From the NCBI RefSeq assembly GCF_964204645.1, contig NC_134036.1, forward strand, positions 3,038,001 to 3,102,000: a stretch of DNA of 64,000 nucleotides, in the 5' to 3' direction. Below the pieces are notes generated by a model. That model was not told where the DNA came from and did no database searches. It saw only the letters and a program-made list of their open reading frames with translations. This DNA is from Tubulanus polymorphus. Lineage: Eukaryota; Animalia; Nemertea. Below, one piece after another: positions 1-14,467 of the stretch (positions are counted from its first letter, which is position 1; each line of letters begins with the position of its first letter). The translations under genes and the position numbers were made by a program.

Positions 1-1102
1 TGATGGATAGCGATGAACAAAAAACCCTTCAAAATGTTATGGTAAACAATGTATGGATGATGAATCCATCCTGAAAGCTCTACAAATCATCGAATCGATG
101 TGGTGAAATGGACACTCCATAATGCCCGCCCATAAAGGCCCACGATGCCACCAACAATAGAATAGTTGCTTGCCTACTTAAACACTCCAAAACCTGCATT
201 CTTACGAACTCAAGCACATCACACAAAGCTGCACCATTTGACGCGATGGATGACCCTTCCTTAAAATATCAAACGTGTCAGTCCCCGAAAATTCCCCGAT
301 GGCATGATTAAAGTGGTCTTACTTGTGATTTGATTCATTACCGACAAATAAAGGAACAAACAAATGCTAATAGATAATCATTCATAGATTCAGCTATGGT
401 GATTAGAGATGCTGACTAACCCCTCTGGTCTGGACGATGCACCGGCGGTGTTGACCAGACAGCGATGATCGTTTGGACGTCACCGTCCGCCTAGAACGCG
501 AAGGTATTTCCTATATACGTGCAGTAAAGGTAATTTATCGTCTGCAACGAGCACGAATTAACGTCGGCTGCTTTTCCAACTCCTTAGAATTCAAGCGAGA
601 GAAAATATCTGCTATAAGCAATAAAACTAGTGTCTAGAATACGAATGGCCACTTGTCTCAGCTAATTTGCGTGCCAGAGACGGCGTCTATATCTCTGTCT
701 TGTTTTACATTTGTATACTTTCCTTTAAAGTTGAAACCTGAGCCTTTTTACGATGACGTTCATAGTACTCACAACCGTTGGAACCCAGTGAAACTTGACT
801 AAGAACTGAAACTGGGAATGAATTGATTTCAACTCAAGAGCCGTGCAACCGGGCCCGGAAGAGAAGAACTTCTAAATATTTCTAAGTGAGAAATGTTGTA
901 GAATAATTATCATGCTCAATAAAACCACCAACTCGACGTCAGTTAGTTTGCCAATTCAGGAAGTAGATCTCGAAACAGCTTGCCGGGAATCAATCGTAGA
1001 GCCAGTCAGTTAGAGACCACTTAAAAGGAGATCTCGAAACTGCCAATCAGTCAAACGTTTATCGAAATCTCTTGTGTAAATGACACGTTAACAAATTCAC
1101 AG

Positions 1103-1289
1103 CGGACGACGACGCAGAGCCCGGTTACCGAGTTTCACGGTGTATACAGAAATACGAAGATAAATGTGGCAGAGCGATTGATGGGCTCCGACTGCCGTCG
1201 CTACTGTGCAGTTCTCGTGCAATCACCGTGCAATATATACTGCCGGTGACAAACGGTTTCAGTCGAGACGATCTGTGTGTACAACAACA
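1103..1289 (+). other. Candidate exon of unknown gene (possibly the aGPCR 5' region or UTR)
   Basis: ttcacag| acceptor and CA|gtgagt donor, GC-richer than the flanks, one open frame (DDDAEPGYRVSRCIQKYEDKCGRA...). Phase-compatible with a candidate exon at 3350..3410. No recognisable domain. Confidence 0.3.
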
Positions 1290-4200
1290 GTGAGTGATGG
1301 TGGTTGGTAAAACGCTTTTACAGTGCCATTGCTAGTCAGTGAGTTTGTAGGAGAGTTGGGATAGGGAAGTATGGCTAAATGGAGTTAATGAAATGATTAA
1401 GAGGATGAAAGAAGATGGGAGGAGCATTCGGGGGGTTGTAATGGAGAAGGAATGGAAAATGGAGAGATGCAATGGAAAGAAGGAAAAGATTTAGCGAGGT
1501 GTTGTTGAAACGAGGGAAAATGAAGATGGGGTAAATGACGAAGAGACGTAATGGGAAAGAATGGGGAAGTAGACAAAAAGAGATTGGGCCGACAGTGGAA
1601 AGAGAAGTAAGGAGAGAAATGACCGAGAAGGGGAATGGAAGAGGTGGGGGAGATAGAGAGATAGAGGTAGAGGTGCGAGAATGTCTTGAGCGGCTTTTTC
1701 TCGGTATAGCAAATTGAAAAGTTGATTGATCACCTCGCGAGATGCCTGGTATATTAACGAGTCCTACTGTGACAGTAGGGAGTTATTCCAATATACGCTC
1801 AGAAGTTTGTAGACCAAACATTCTTCAGACACAAGGTTAACAGTTGAGGGAATTGATCGTTTTGCGCAGCCAAACAAGTGTAGTTGACTTCATGGTCCAT
1901 GAGCAATGGATGTCCGCGCGTATGTTAGAACGATGTAATAACAAGTATCCAGCGTGTTATGAGAAACCTTGATATTCTCAGCATATAACATCATCCTGGG
2001 GTGAATATTAACCCCTGAAAATGGTTTTATTTAAGTACAGAGAGACATATTGAACGCACACCTTAATTCAACAGGTCTCTTCGAGAAGCAAAGGGCCAAT
2101 ACAGGCGGTAGCATCGATGGAGTCCTGCGGCGCCAGAAAATCAGTCGCTATGGAGTCGTGAATTCACTTCTCACTTCTCTACTCGAACCGTTAATTGAAA
2201 TCACCGCTGCGTGAAGCGAGCAGGAAATTATATATCAAAAAAGTCGTCGCTATAAGTTTCGAATTATTCTAGAGAAAAAAAACCACCCGACGCAATTGTT
2301 GAACGAACGACCGAGAAAATAATGATTGATAACGAAATTCGATTCGTCGTATTCAAAACTCGACGGGGATGTGTGGCGATGTCGGTCGGTATGTGATGTG
2401 TAATATGACTCCAGGGGAATTTCTTCAGTCGCGTTGGAATCGATTGATCCCAACAGAAAGATAGTGAGGATGGTGAGATCATTGACTAAACCGTGAAACA
2501 TAAAACGTTAAGATTCCGATTATGATGCATTTTTTAATATCACGATGAGAATATGATTGTGTTTAACATTTTGGCATTTTTGCTTGAAGCTTTCTTTATA
2601 CAAAAGTCAACGTAGATTCGAGAGAAATTGAATAGGGTAAGCAGTACCTACCTATGTACCCACAAAACTACGAAAAATATCTCAGAGAACCTGCAGACGC
2701 AAACCTCTAGGCTGCATTAACACACTGGTCTTTAACTACAGTTGTGTGAGATTTATCAAAAACCCATTTTGTATTTTACATCCGTCATAGATCAGCAGGG
2801 CAGCAAGAATATGTTCTTGGTAAAGACCTCCCATCGAGTGCATCAGCCTACCTATACGCCTTGAAATCATACAATTATTGATTGACCCCTCTTCTGAGGT
2901 GAACCGGTACAGAAAATACACATATTATTGATTGTTGAGGTACCCCTTTTCTGGGATGGTGAGCTGGTAAGGCTATAGAAAACGCACAACGATTGTTGGG
3001 AGTTCCAAACTGTTATACTTATAAATATACTGCTCTGATTTAAAAAATCATTACGCCTCACTTGCTGTAGACCGATTGCGCGAAAGTTCGGTAATCTGTA
3101 GAAACTCGTTGGAAAGCGAGAAATACGACAAACCGGGGAAATAGCGGTCAGTACAAGATCTGCATATTGAACAGATAAACTGTCAGTTGGGACCGACGAG
3201 CACAAAAACCGTCGACTGCCAATACCGAAATCAGCGCCGTCGCCGCCTGGGCTCGATTTGTATTCCGACCAGACGACAGGGCGTAAAGAGGGACACAACG
3301 GTCGCAAATCTATCATTAGGACCGCGGCAAAAGGTTTTCTTTATAACAGATGCACCGGGAGCTCGGGGATACACGGTCTATTAGAGACGAATGACGGACG
3401 AGCGACTGAGGTACGTGATGTGTACTACTTGTATCGGCCGAGCTTGTATTCAGCTGTCCATCAAACTGAGATGAGCAGCAACGATTTTATACCGTGATAG
3501 ATGAATAGTGACGACTGGTTTTATAACTCGGATTCATAGACTGCAAGTAACAGCAGGTTAGAAGTTAACCTGTGCAAGTAGCAAAAATATCATTAAATGA
3601 TTTTTTGTCCAATATGAAATGAGTATCGGACAAACCTTTACAAGACGTCCCAATAATACCTGGGCCCAATAGATGACTGGTTTTAGACTGCAATTGGTTA
3701 AATTTCAACCTGTCTAAATAATAAAAATTCATCTAATTTTTTTTCCGTCATGAAATTAGTCAACATTCAATTTACAAGAAGTCCCACCTTCACGTTTCTG
3801 GGCCAAGCTGGTGTTAACTCAATGAACTTTCAATTGACTTCTAACTCCAGAACCAGCCCCTGATGTATCTGGTGTTAACGTGCTAACCCTTGAACCACAA
3901 TTGCACAAGATTAGGTCGTGGTCGTCCCTTAGTACGGCTCAGGCGTAATTTAATAAACATTAGATGCTACAACTTTCTTTTGTTCGGAAATTCAAGCTCG
4001 AATTCCACGAGAAAACAATGTTTGCCTTTGAATGATATATTCCCTTTTTATCTATAAACTGCCGTGCCTGGCATCTGTATGAAGTGTGTGTCTGTCTGTG
4101 TTGACTGTAATCTGACAAAACGTCTAATATCTCTGCAGAGAGTTGACTAAACACATGATTATCGAATTAAAACTCGATTTTCTATTACGGGCGAAAAATA

Positions 4201-7049
4201 AATCTCGATCAAGTCTCCGGGCATTATTCACTGGGAGATGACATGTTTCCGTGACGTCGTTTGCACAGCATACACGGCTTCCAGAGAACAGTCATTACTA
4301 CGGTACTCGCCATCTGACTGGATTCTGAAAATACGTCGTGCATCTTCTCAGAGTAGTTCAGCAGTGGAGTCAAGTTGCATTCAAAATAATGATCTATGAT
4401 TTTGGCGATATATATATAGATTGTGGCATTGTGTTGGTGGTTAATTTTGAATAGTTTACAGACATAATACAGAGACAATGTTCCGTTGGCATTGGACGAT
4501 GGTGGCGGTTTATCGGGGGTAGACTGTAAAGAGTATAATTATCATCTGCCCTTAAAGGTATACCAGAAAAATGCCGGCCAAATAGTTTGAGTAGAATAGT
4601 TGCTGGACATTTAGGCAACTCCGAAGAGGATACTGCCTTACAAGGGGTGCTTAAATGATTCATGCATCCCTCAGACATTTTCTTAAATATTCACAGTTTT
4701 GAAGTTGCTATTGATTTTCACCTTCCACTTTTTAATCTTAAAAGAAACATATTTCTAACGCAAAGACATTATAAATATATACATATATCAAACGGTATTG
4801 ACGTCATTAAAAGCACTTCTTATATACTCTATAAAGCTAGAGTTACTTGAGAATCGACGTTTGTGCGCGCACCTGCGCATTTCCTGAAGGAAAACGCGCA
4901 CCTGTTGACTAAAATCCGATAATTTAGAATGGTTGGTAGGTAAGGCCTACACTCTTGCCTTTTTCCTTTTACTTTTTTCCACAGTGGACAAGTTCAGACA
5001 CAATGAATCACTCTCGCTTCAGTTAAGAGGGAGAGATTAGAAACGAAGTTTTTTATTCGCGATAATACTGCAGTAATACATAATGACGAGCCTGAGTTGT
5101 TATGCCAAGAACGCTTCTCATATCATATATACGCAGGGCGCCTTACATGATGCTTCAGGTGATGCACTCCAAGATGTTAAATGACTGCTTGAAGAAAGGT
5201 ACAGAAAATTCAAAAAGACTTATGATTTATGAGTGAACATTTTAAGCATTCAATGGGGCAAAATTTCCAAAATAAATTTCCAAGCACTCTAAATCAGGTT
5301 TTTTGGTGAGAGGTTGAAACCTGGTTTTCAATATATGACGAAATGGCATCGATTCCTATAATTTGACTGAAGTGATTACCTATTTCCTATTATCAGTCAA
5401 AATGTGACCTTGAAATGCACCTGCCATATTAAGAGTTCATTACATTTATTTGTCCCTGAAATTTAGGCAAGAAGCCTACTTTACGGATCTCTAAGGAAAT
5501 ATTCAAGAAACGCCGATGTGTCGGTAAGAGTGTGTGTATGTGTAGGAGACGTACGTCCCATCGGAATCGTGTTTGACAACGTTAACGCAAACGAACGTAT
5601 GCAGCGTCAACATCTCTTTACAAACGTGTAGAAAACTGTGACGCCGGATTTTACGTGACGGATTTTCCACCGTTTAACGTGAATATATGAAACGTAAATG
5701 AACGTTAACGTAGTAGTAATTGTTACGTTACGTAAGCTACGTCTGCGACATTAAGAATGCAGGTGTTCACGTTGAAAAGTATTTACTCATCTTATACATC
5801 GTACTGACAAACGTCTAAGCATACACCTCTAAACAGTTAACACATCAATCTGCATCCACGACCTACTGCTCAGAGATTCGATACCTTATCACCATTCTCC
5901 CAGTTTTTGATGTTCTAGGCTTTACGCAGCTATCAGTCGGCTGTCTGTACCAATCCACTTAAGACGATCACCTTTGAATGGCGATGTCTGGACGATTCGA
6001 ACACATCTTTCGCAAAATAATGGGGACTGTCTGTCTAAGATTGATGGTTCAGGCATGACACTAATGCATTTTCAAAGAAAAATATCTGGGGTATATTGCC
6101 ACAGGCAGTGGCGACGCCTGGACGAACATGTTTTGGGAAATAGTGAATGTGTACAGACAGCAGGTAGATAGCTGTTTGGAGATCGACATTCTTTCAGACA
6201 GCCGTAGTCCAGGGTGCGATACAATGTCCTAAAGGGGTGGTTCCGGGTTGCGGATCTATACGTTGATACTATTACGCGAGTTAAAACAACCACCATGTCT
6301 TGAATGGCAATGTCTCCACAAAAAGGATGTGATGTCCACAAACTCACAAAAATTACGAAACAGGAATGCGTATATATGATAAGTGTCGCGACGGAAAAAT
6401 TCACTGCGGATTAAGAGGAACACCGTATGCCCGCATACCACTCTCTCCCTCTCTTACTCTGTCTCGCTCTCTCTCCTCTCTGTGCGGCAAAAAACGAATG
6501 TTAATAAAAAAACAACAGACAACAGCATCGGAGCGAAATGTATGTTTATTTGCGATGTTAAGTATAGTGGACAGGGACCTGCCAACACGACGGCACTGGT
6601 CTAATGGATATTCAAATTTTTACTCGCCACTCGTGCGCATGACCAACAATCTCCATGGCAATAAGTTGAGTCAACATTGCTTAAACACAAATACCAATTA
6701 CATTATTTATTGTCCGATGTGTTGTCCAGTTCCTTAAAGGTGGTCTCAATGGTCGACTGACCATAGAAACAGAAACAATTGAAAATTTGGCCGATCTACA
6801 TGTGCAAAAAATCCCAATAGGAATGAATGTAATAAGATAACCTGTCGATCTGATTAGTTATGATGCTTTAGGGAGAACCATACTGATCCCAAAACAATAT
6901 ATCTATTGCCTTTGTCATTGTTTGCCATGATATCGATGCCTTCGGGTATTGCAAGATAACAGAAGTTTTGATCAACCGATAGGTCAGAAAGGGTAACTTC
7001 CCAAGAGCAGAGGCAAATATTTATTACTATTATAGACGATTCTGACGCC

Positions 7050-7384
7050 CTTAGAATAATTGATCCTTGAGTTTCTGACGACCTTTTCATCTTCAAAGAA
7101 AATTATGATCTGTTACTTATGACGACCTTCTCATTCCCATTCTCAATAACTTCAACGATTCAGTAAAATTATGATTAGTTACTTATGACGACCTTCTCAT
7201 TCTCATTCTCAATAACTTCAACGTTTCAGTTGAGTTATGATTATTTACTAATCAACCCCTTTACATTGTCAACAATTTCAAAGATTCAGAACAAGTATGT
7301 ATTATCAGTTACAAATTACGACTTTCTCATAACACTTAAAGACTAAGACTGAAAGTGATCAGGTTTGGGAAGGTGGGTCCAGGC
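7050..7384. repeat. Degenerate 60-bp satellite units plus a unique tail
   Basis: Satellite monomers followed by ...gggaaggtgggtccaggc. Duplicated at 9773..10005. Confidence 0.85.
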
Positions 7385-7898
7385 TTTTTTCATTCATATA
7401 TTCCACTTGTTTCTTGTAAGTCATTTATTCAATCACTGCCTCTCCCTCCGCACCACACGTGCGCGGAATGGCCACCAGCCCCAGCTAGAACCGACCATTT
7501 AACAGCGAGCTGACGATCATCAGACGAAATCAAATGATCGTTAGTTTAGTAGTGAACGAACGAACGCGATTTTCCCCTATCAACGTCTATGGTAAATTTA
7601 GTGAAGCCGAGTAACCGAACATTCTGATCATCGAGTTAACATTCTCTCTCGTCTGCGCGAGTCTGTCATCTGTTGGACTAGCGGTCTCAACGCGGACAAT
7701 AGCACCGATAACGCCGGAGGCTATGCCGTTTTTCCGATTATCGGATTTTGCCAATAACCGATAAACCTAAATTGACTTTTAGTGGCTCATATTCGATGTA
7801 TTTATGCTTGGCGGTGATAGGAAGAGTGAAGAGGGAGAGACTGTTGATGTTACACATACGTAACCAGGTTTCTGATAGAAAATCGTGATTGCAGCAAC

Positions 7899-8117
7899 AT
7901 GGACTGTGGCAAAGGGAATATATACAGTTTAAACATAGTAGCTCACACTAGCCCATATACCAGTGGACTCCGGAAAAGGGCATTAAACAGTTTAAACATA
8001 GTAGCTCCTTGTATCACATTATCCCATACAAATGGACTCTGGAAAGGCCATATATACAGTTAAAACACATATATACAGTTTAAACACAGTAGCTTCTTAT
8101 ATCATATTAGCCCATAC
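7899..8117. repeat. Degenerate tandem repeat of about 65 bp
   Basis: tggactc.ggaaa.gg...acagtttaaacatagtagctc...cccata recurs about 3 times. Confidence 0.75.
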
Positions 8118-9408
8118 CAATACCGATATACCTTAAGCCAAGGTTATTCGTAAGAAGAATGATCAGGGAAGTTCATCCAGTCCTGGCTGGTTGTCTCCAC
8201 ACATCTACGTCGCTCTACGATCCTATTGTACCCACTGGTCCTGTGGTACATCAGACACTAAGGTTCAGGGAAGGTGAACAGGGAAGATGCCCCGATGTAT
8301 TTTTACCAAACGAGCGATGCTTACACGGACTACAAATCATAGATCAGGGATGCTCAACACAAGAACCACGGTGAAAGTATGTAAATGTGGGGAAGATAAT
8401 GGTGTTTGGCAAAAACTGAGTTTTTAAATGGAAGACAAAAACAAGGAAATTGATGATGTTGTCAACTCTTGTACGAAGGTAGTCATGGTTTCTGGAAGAG
8501 ATATTGTAGAATATAAACGTGTCCCGTAAAAGATGAATACAATCGCATTCGTTGTGTACTTGCTGCGATCTTGATTCCGGATAATTTTGGAGAGATCTCG
8601 ATGGACTTTACGTCATATTCGCGTCAATTAGATTTTTATGACGCCATCGTCTAGACGGTGCACTCCCCTTTTCGATTGCTGTCAAGAATGCCTTTCTAAA
8701 CAGGTGGGTAATTTTAATGATCGCCTCATTGTAGGACAGCAATCCACTCCGTAGGGACTCCATTGAGGCAGCGATGATGCTTACCCGGGGGAATTCCTGA
8801 TTTACAAATGACGTCAACTATCCACGGGATTCCGTTCTGTCACGCAGAACGCTAAATTCCGGAGCGGGTGGATAAACCAATAAGTAGGCTATACAGGTGA
8901 TAGATCTCATAGTCCTATTAATTTACACGGACTATTAGAAGAAAAGAAGATACGGATGACTCGATTAAATTCGAATCCCTCGGGGTTGAAGCAGCAGTTA
9001 TAATCAGCAACGCTGAATCCATCCGGAAGGATCTGAGTCCATACCGGATATATTATAGTCACTAGCAACTTCCGACCAGAAAAAAGCAAACATTGAGGCT
9101 ACATGTATTTTCTTTGAAATGAAGTCATAGTACTTACTGAGACGGAGAGATGCGTGGAGTGTGTGAAGGAGTCTTGCAAGTGTTGGTGGGAGATGAAGAG
9201 ATGGCTGGAGAGAATTGAAGTGTTGGAGGGAGATTGAAAGATGCACGGAACGCTGGAAACTGTTGGAGAGAAAGATACGTGGAATGCTGGACAAAAGTGA
9301 AAGATAAATGTGTTAGACGAGAAGATACACAATATCCGTGCATGATGATAACGAGAGAAATCCCACAATAACGAAGCCAAGATTCGAAATTCTATATGAG
9401 AATGATTA

Positions 9409-9450
9409 GAGCGATGTTTCGGCTAACACCTGTTAGCCATCATCAGGCGT
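9409..9450 (-). ncRNA. Minimal type-I hammerhead ribozyme
   Basis: Reverse complement reads gc CTGATGA T GGCTAAC-aggt-GTTAGCC GAAACATC gc, with a perfect 7-bp stem II. The helix III palindrome has one change (ACAT). Confidence 0.75.
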
Positions 9451-9772
9451 ACTATAAATGAGTTATTGCATTAGTAGAGGACAGATGGTAGAGGACGGAG
9501 GGTAGATAAAAATATTGAGTTTGAGGAACAGAAGAAGGATACATGGATGGAGAGAAAGTGTTGCGGGGAGATGGAAAGGTGCATGGAGGGCTGCAAAAGG
9601 TTGGGGAGGGAGATACTGAACAAGTACTGAACAAATGGAGATGGGTGGAAAAAGGGAGGGGCATATAGAGATGAGTGATGAAAATGATAGGTGTATGGAT
9701 ATGGCAATGGGAAGATGGATACCTTCGGGAGGGTGAGTGGGATGAGAGACAACGACTGGAATTGAGGGTGTA

Positions 9773-10007
9773 GATTCAGTAAAATTATGATTAGTTACTA
9801 ATGACGACCTTCTCATTCTCATTCTCAATAACTTAAACGATTCAGTTGAGTTATGATTAATTACTAATAAACCCCTACATTGTCAACAATTTCAAACATT
9901 CAGAACAAGTATGTTTTATCAGTTACAAATTACGACTTTCTCATTCTCAATAACACTTAAAGATTAAGACTGAGAGTGATCAGGTTCGGGAAGGTGGGTC
10001 CAGGCCC
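9773..10007. repeat. Inserted copy of about 7158..7384 flanked by a 63-bp direct repeat
   Basis: Shares diagnostic variants with the 7.2-kb copy. Flanks 9714..9776 and 10008..10070 are near-identical. Confidence 0.85.
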
Positions 10008-13000
10008 GATGGTTACCTTAGGGAGGGTGAGTGGGACGAGAGACAACGACTGGAATTGAGGGTATAGATTGAGCGAGGTAGAGGAGGTAGTGATAAGGAT
10101 GAATAGTTAACAAAGGATCGTGGCAGAGGTTGAGAGAGTCGAAAAACTGAGAAATAGAGATGAAATTTTATCGATGATTATTGAACACACTATACGCTTC
10201 TCGCTCTGTCTTTTATTATGATTATACTACAAATTTTATCGATCGCGATTTTATGTGTGTCAAGACCAGACGACTCTGCTCTGTTGAGAAGATATGAATA
10301 AACGACGTATAATGAAGAGAGAAGATTAGATATAAGATTTACTCGTTACTCTCTACTCAACTACTCGTTGTATAGATTAGATCTTATTCCCGTTCGTTCT
10401 CTCGATCCACTTGTCGACAAGAAGAATCGGGATTTTGAAGAAGCCAACATCGGCGGCGGCTCTTCAAAAAATCCGGTATCTCTAGGAAATCGGTTTTCGC
10501 GGTCTTGTCTTTCTCTCTCTCGACTCTCTTGAATTCTCTCCCCGCGGCTAATGTCGATAAGCAGCACGCATATTGCGTATTAGATCAATTATTAAAGTCT
10601 TATTTACTTATAACATAATCATAGTTTAAACCGCGACATCGAGAGAGAGCGCGGAAACATAAATCGATAATGTGTTTCGGTTTCTTAGGCGACGACGACA
10701 GTTTTTGGTTTTTCGATTCTTGAAAATCCTTTTTTTCATCCAGACACATCGGAAATCTTCTTGCCTCGGCTTACCTCCTCGGGGCACTAAACTAAAGTTG
10801 TGATAAATCTTTCATCGTGTGTTATATCGAGATAAAACTGATATATACAGTGTCATGGAGGCGGTCACCATTCCAAAGATGTGTTCTCATATTTGGAAGT
10901 CGAACGGCCAGACCCGTTAGTAGGCCAGCCCTGTATGGTGAATGGGTACAATCTCTGATAGAGGAAGTTTAATATGTTCAGTCATTTTGTGTCAAACATT
11001 TGTTCGAGTAATCTTGCAAAAGGGAGGCAGGGAGGCATTGGCACCACATTATCCAGTCCAGGAAATATGAATGCTTATATCCACAGTTGGTACTCGAAAA
11101 TTGCTCGAAAACTTCGCCCGTGTGCGCTAGGCTTAAGAAGCTAAGAGCTACGATCATTCGGTTGTCTAACGGTAGGCTACTGTGGTACACTGACGCTAAA
11201 AATCCTTAGTGAAGCCATATAGAAACACATTTTTGATTCACGAATATCAGTTAACTTGAAGAAGTCACGTATCGAACAATTATTGAAAGAAGCCCTTTCA
11301 TGATGTATCATGTATTTGATGGTGTCATAGTAGAATAATTGTAGAAGCACAAAGACGAAACAAGCCATCTAATTATTTAGAATGGAATGAATTAATTACA
11401 AATGGTCTTTGCCTAATAAACAAGACGATGTCATAGAAAGGTGGATGCAGTCGTTCTTTGTGGAATATGGTCTATTGGGATGTTTTCACCGTTGAGTTTC
11501 CGAATTACTTCATGCATCATGAATAAGAATTAAGGTATAAAGAAACGCGCAGAGAACAGGTATAAATAAACGATTTAATTTACAACTCTCATCCGAACGC
11601 GTGAAACGTAAAACCGTAAACAAGTTCTTCTGAAGTTCAGATGGGTGATTACCTCACCGAGGTCGCAGGGATGTCCGTGGGTGGCGCGTGGTTTTTCAGC
11701 AGCACAATATCGCCTTATTAAGTAATATATGCACATTGTTATTATTGGTTGTCGCTTCATTGGAGGTGCAGCTAATACCTAAACAGTTAATGTGCATCGT
11801 GTGAAAAAATGATATTATTCGCCAAAATAAGACAAATGTATAAATTAGGTTTATTTGATTATATCTGCCATTCCCGATGTGAGTCACGATGCCGTCCTTG
11901 ACAGCCCGTCGGTGATCTACAAAAACAAATATCCTACTATCCTTCCTCAGTAGCTCCATTCGTGTTCTTATTAGGTGTGTCAAAATTATCTGAAACATTT
12001 TTCCGCCTGAACCGCTGTGTTGTTGATGGAGGTGACAGCCTCACGGATACGCGGTAACTGTCAAAATTCATCAGCAGCTATTACTAACTGTTCCACAACG
12101 TTATGTTTATTATATTAGTGAATCAGTAACTCGACGGTTGTCGTACGCTATAGTTCGAGTGAAATATAAATTCCTACGGAAATTGATGACGTTGAGTGAA
12201 ATGAAAAAAAATTTAAAATGACTCGTATACTTGAAGCTAATATTGGCTCGTATGGCATAAAAGGGTTCAAGGACGTTAACTCCTCGGCGAATTTACATTT
12301 GCTTAAATCTTGAGTGGATCAACAAAGTAACAGTATGAATGGGAGAGGGGTAAATACATTCGAAACTTTGCAATTAGTGGCAGTCAAGTGTGTTACCTAT
12401 ACCACGGTGCTATACTGTTGAATTATAGTGCGGATACTGATTAATTGAAGATTCAAAATATAGCCGCAAAGCAGCGATAACGTTTTTTCAGCACCTTCCG
12501 CATCGGAATTGAAGGGTATATTAAGAAATTGCATGAAAAATTCACTGCTTCGAACCGGACATAGTAATTGGAAGAAATTTCCAATTTAAAGGTGCGTGTT
12601 CAAAAGATTAAGCGAAATAAAAAATCCCAAAAAAATCGATCCGAGACAAAAATAATTAGACATCTAGTCTAAAACTAGAATTCAAAAAACAACAATGCTA
12701 CTGCTATTGAATTGCTTAAGTATTTTCCCAAATTTCGATTTAGGCAACATAGAAGATCGTAGCAATGTGGAAAAATAAAATGTGGCAAAATTTTGGTGAT
12801 TACAAGATTCCCTCGTCCACAATCAATCTATTCAATCTATCTTTTGCCTGATATAAAGTCATATCTATCACATACATCATCTTTTTCATCTATCTGATAG
12901 TGATATGATATCTCAATATCTGATATAGCGAATATCCTGTCCGCAGGTGGACAATTTTCACCTGCAATGAACAGCGGGAAATAGCAGATTACAGGTCATC

Positions 13001-13360
13001 CGTAGCAATGTCAACATCTATACGTACGATCCAGCGGCGCATACCACTTAACTCACTGTAACTAGAGAGATAGAGGTTTGATTCTCCTGCATCGTAACAT
13101 GGCGGGAATACACACATAGCCCCTAGACCTAGATCGAGAATACACATTTATACTGATATAGACCCTTCCAATGAAATCATCTGCCTCAATAGATCTCCTT
13201 ATAACATCACTGATGTGATTGACGACGAAGAAGAGATCGCAGCCTACAATGACATCATCAAATTAACCGTAACCAATATCAGAGGTAACTTCCTGATTTT
13301 ACTATTATGTCATGTGGTCACGTTTCTGAGAAGGAAAGTGTATGAAATTTAGTCTAAAAA

Positions 13361-14467
13361 ATAACGATTAGGGTAAAAATAAGATGATATCTTGTTTCTC
13401 CTAATCGGCCGGGTCAATTTTTAACTGCAATTATATTTGTCATCAGTTCATTTCTATAACTACTGGGTCTACTTTGGAATAGCTTCATCATGATTTAAAA
13501 AAAGTAATGTACAGGGTCATTACGGATAGGTCAGATAGGTCAACTTTAAACACTGCATTCAAATTTATAATCAGTTCATTTCTACAACTACCAGGTCCAT
13601 TATTTATTACGAGGTAGATAGGTCGGATAGGCCAACTTACTTGAATCATTAAACTAGACTAAGTCATCAGTAAATCATATAGTTATCGTGATCAATTCTT
13701 ACGATCAATTACGTTCGCATAATGATTTTATCTTCAATGAACGGACGACTTATGGATTTATAAAAAGTAATCTCTTTTTAAACATGATAACACATCAAGC
13801 GTGTCCGTAGAATTATTTCCAAACTATGGCTTCCATACGAGCGCGCTGATATTTTTTTCCGGCACACACGGGCGCGTGACCAAATCAGGGATAATGGCAT
13901 TGATCGTTGATATTCGAAGTCCGACGCTGTTATATCCGCGTAAAACTAATGCAGCTGTCAGCCTAGATAACGGCTCATCGATGGTAGTAACGTCACGATC
14001 AGTCAATGAGGAACTTATTGACAATATGCCAATTAATTAATTATAGATATATATCTAAATATTAATACGATTATTAATTATCGGCCGGTAATCGAATTGC
14101 GGGAAATCGATAAGTATAAATAGGATTGAATATCTGGTGTGACATGTGGGGATTGTGCGAATCTGGGTAATGCGGTCATAGTCAATACCTAATGAGTTTA
14201 AAGTCGCATTTATGGCGTCAGGAGCTTTCGCAGTATGGATCTATATGTCTAAAACACTGATACCTTGTTTCTCATTTCGGCTGAGCCTAAATGTTGATAT
14301 AGATCTACCCTGTACATAAATTTAAAGGAAAACCCTGTAAAAAAACATCATGATCAGCCATGATAGATCCGGCAGCTGAACTTAATACAAATTTAATTGC
14401 AGTTCACAAAATGACCCGGCCGATAAGGAGAAACAAGATATCACTTTATTTTCACCCTAATCATTAT
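13361..14467. mobile_element. About 1.1-kb element bounded by imperfect inverted repeats of about 150 bp (non-autonomous DNA transposon-like); solo arm at about 45465..45640
   Basis: gattagggt.aaaat...gatatcttgtttctcct.atcggccgggtca...actgcaatta occurs at 13366 and as its reverse complement at about 14390-14463. Confidence 0.6.

Noticed and set aside
8100-9100. Possible Penelope RT/GIY-YIG remnant next to the 9.4-kb hammerhead
   Set aside because: The frames I translated by hand show multiple stops and no RT or GIY-YIG motifs.
9004-9828. Overlapping short ORFs in purine-rich tracts (also 1491..1733)
   Set aside because: Low-complexity GA/CT-skewed DNA depleted of stop codons on one strand.
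13100-13350. Open frame IYTDIDPSNEIICLNRSPYNITDVIDDEEE...
   Set aside because: It has no start codon, no compatible acceptor and no recognisable family.
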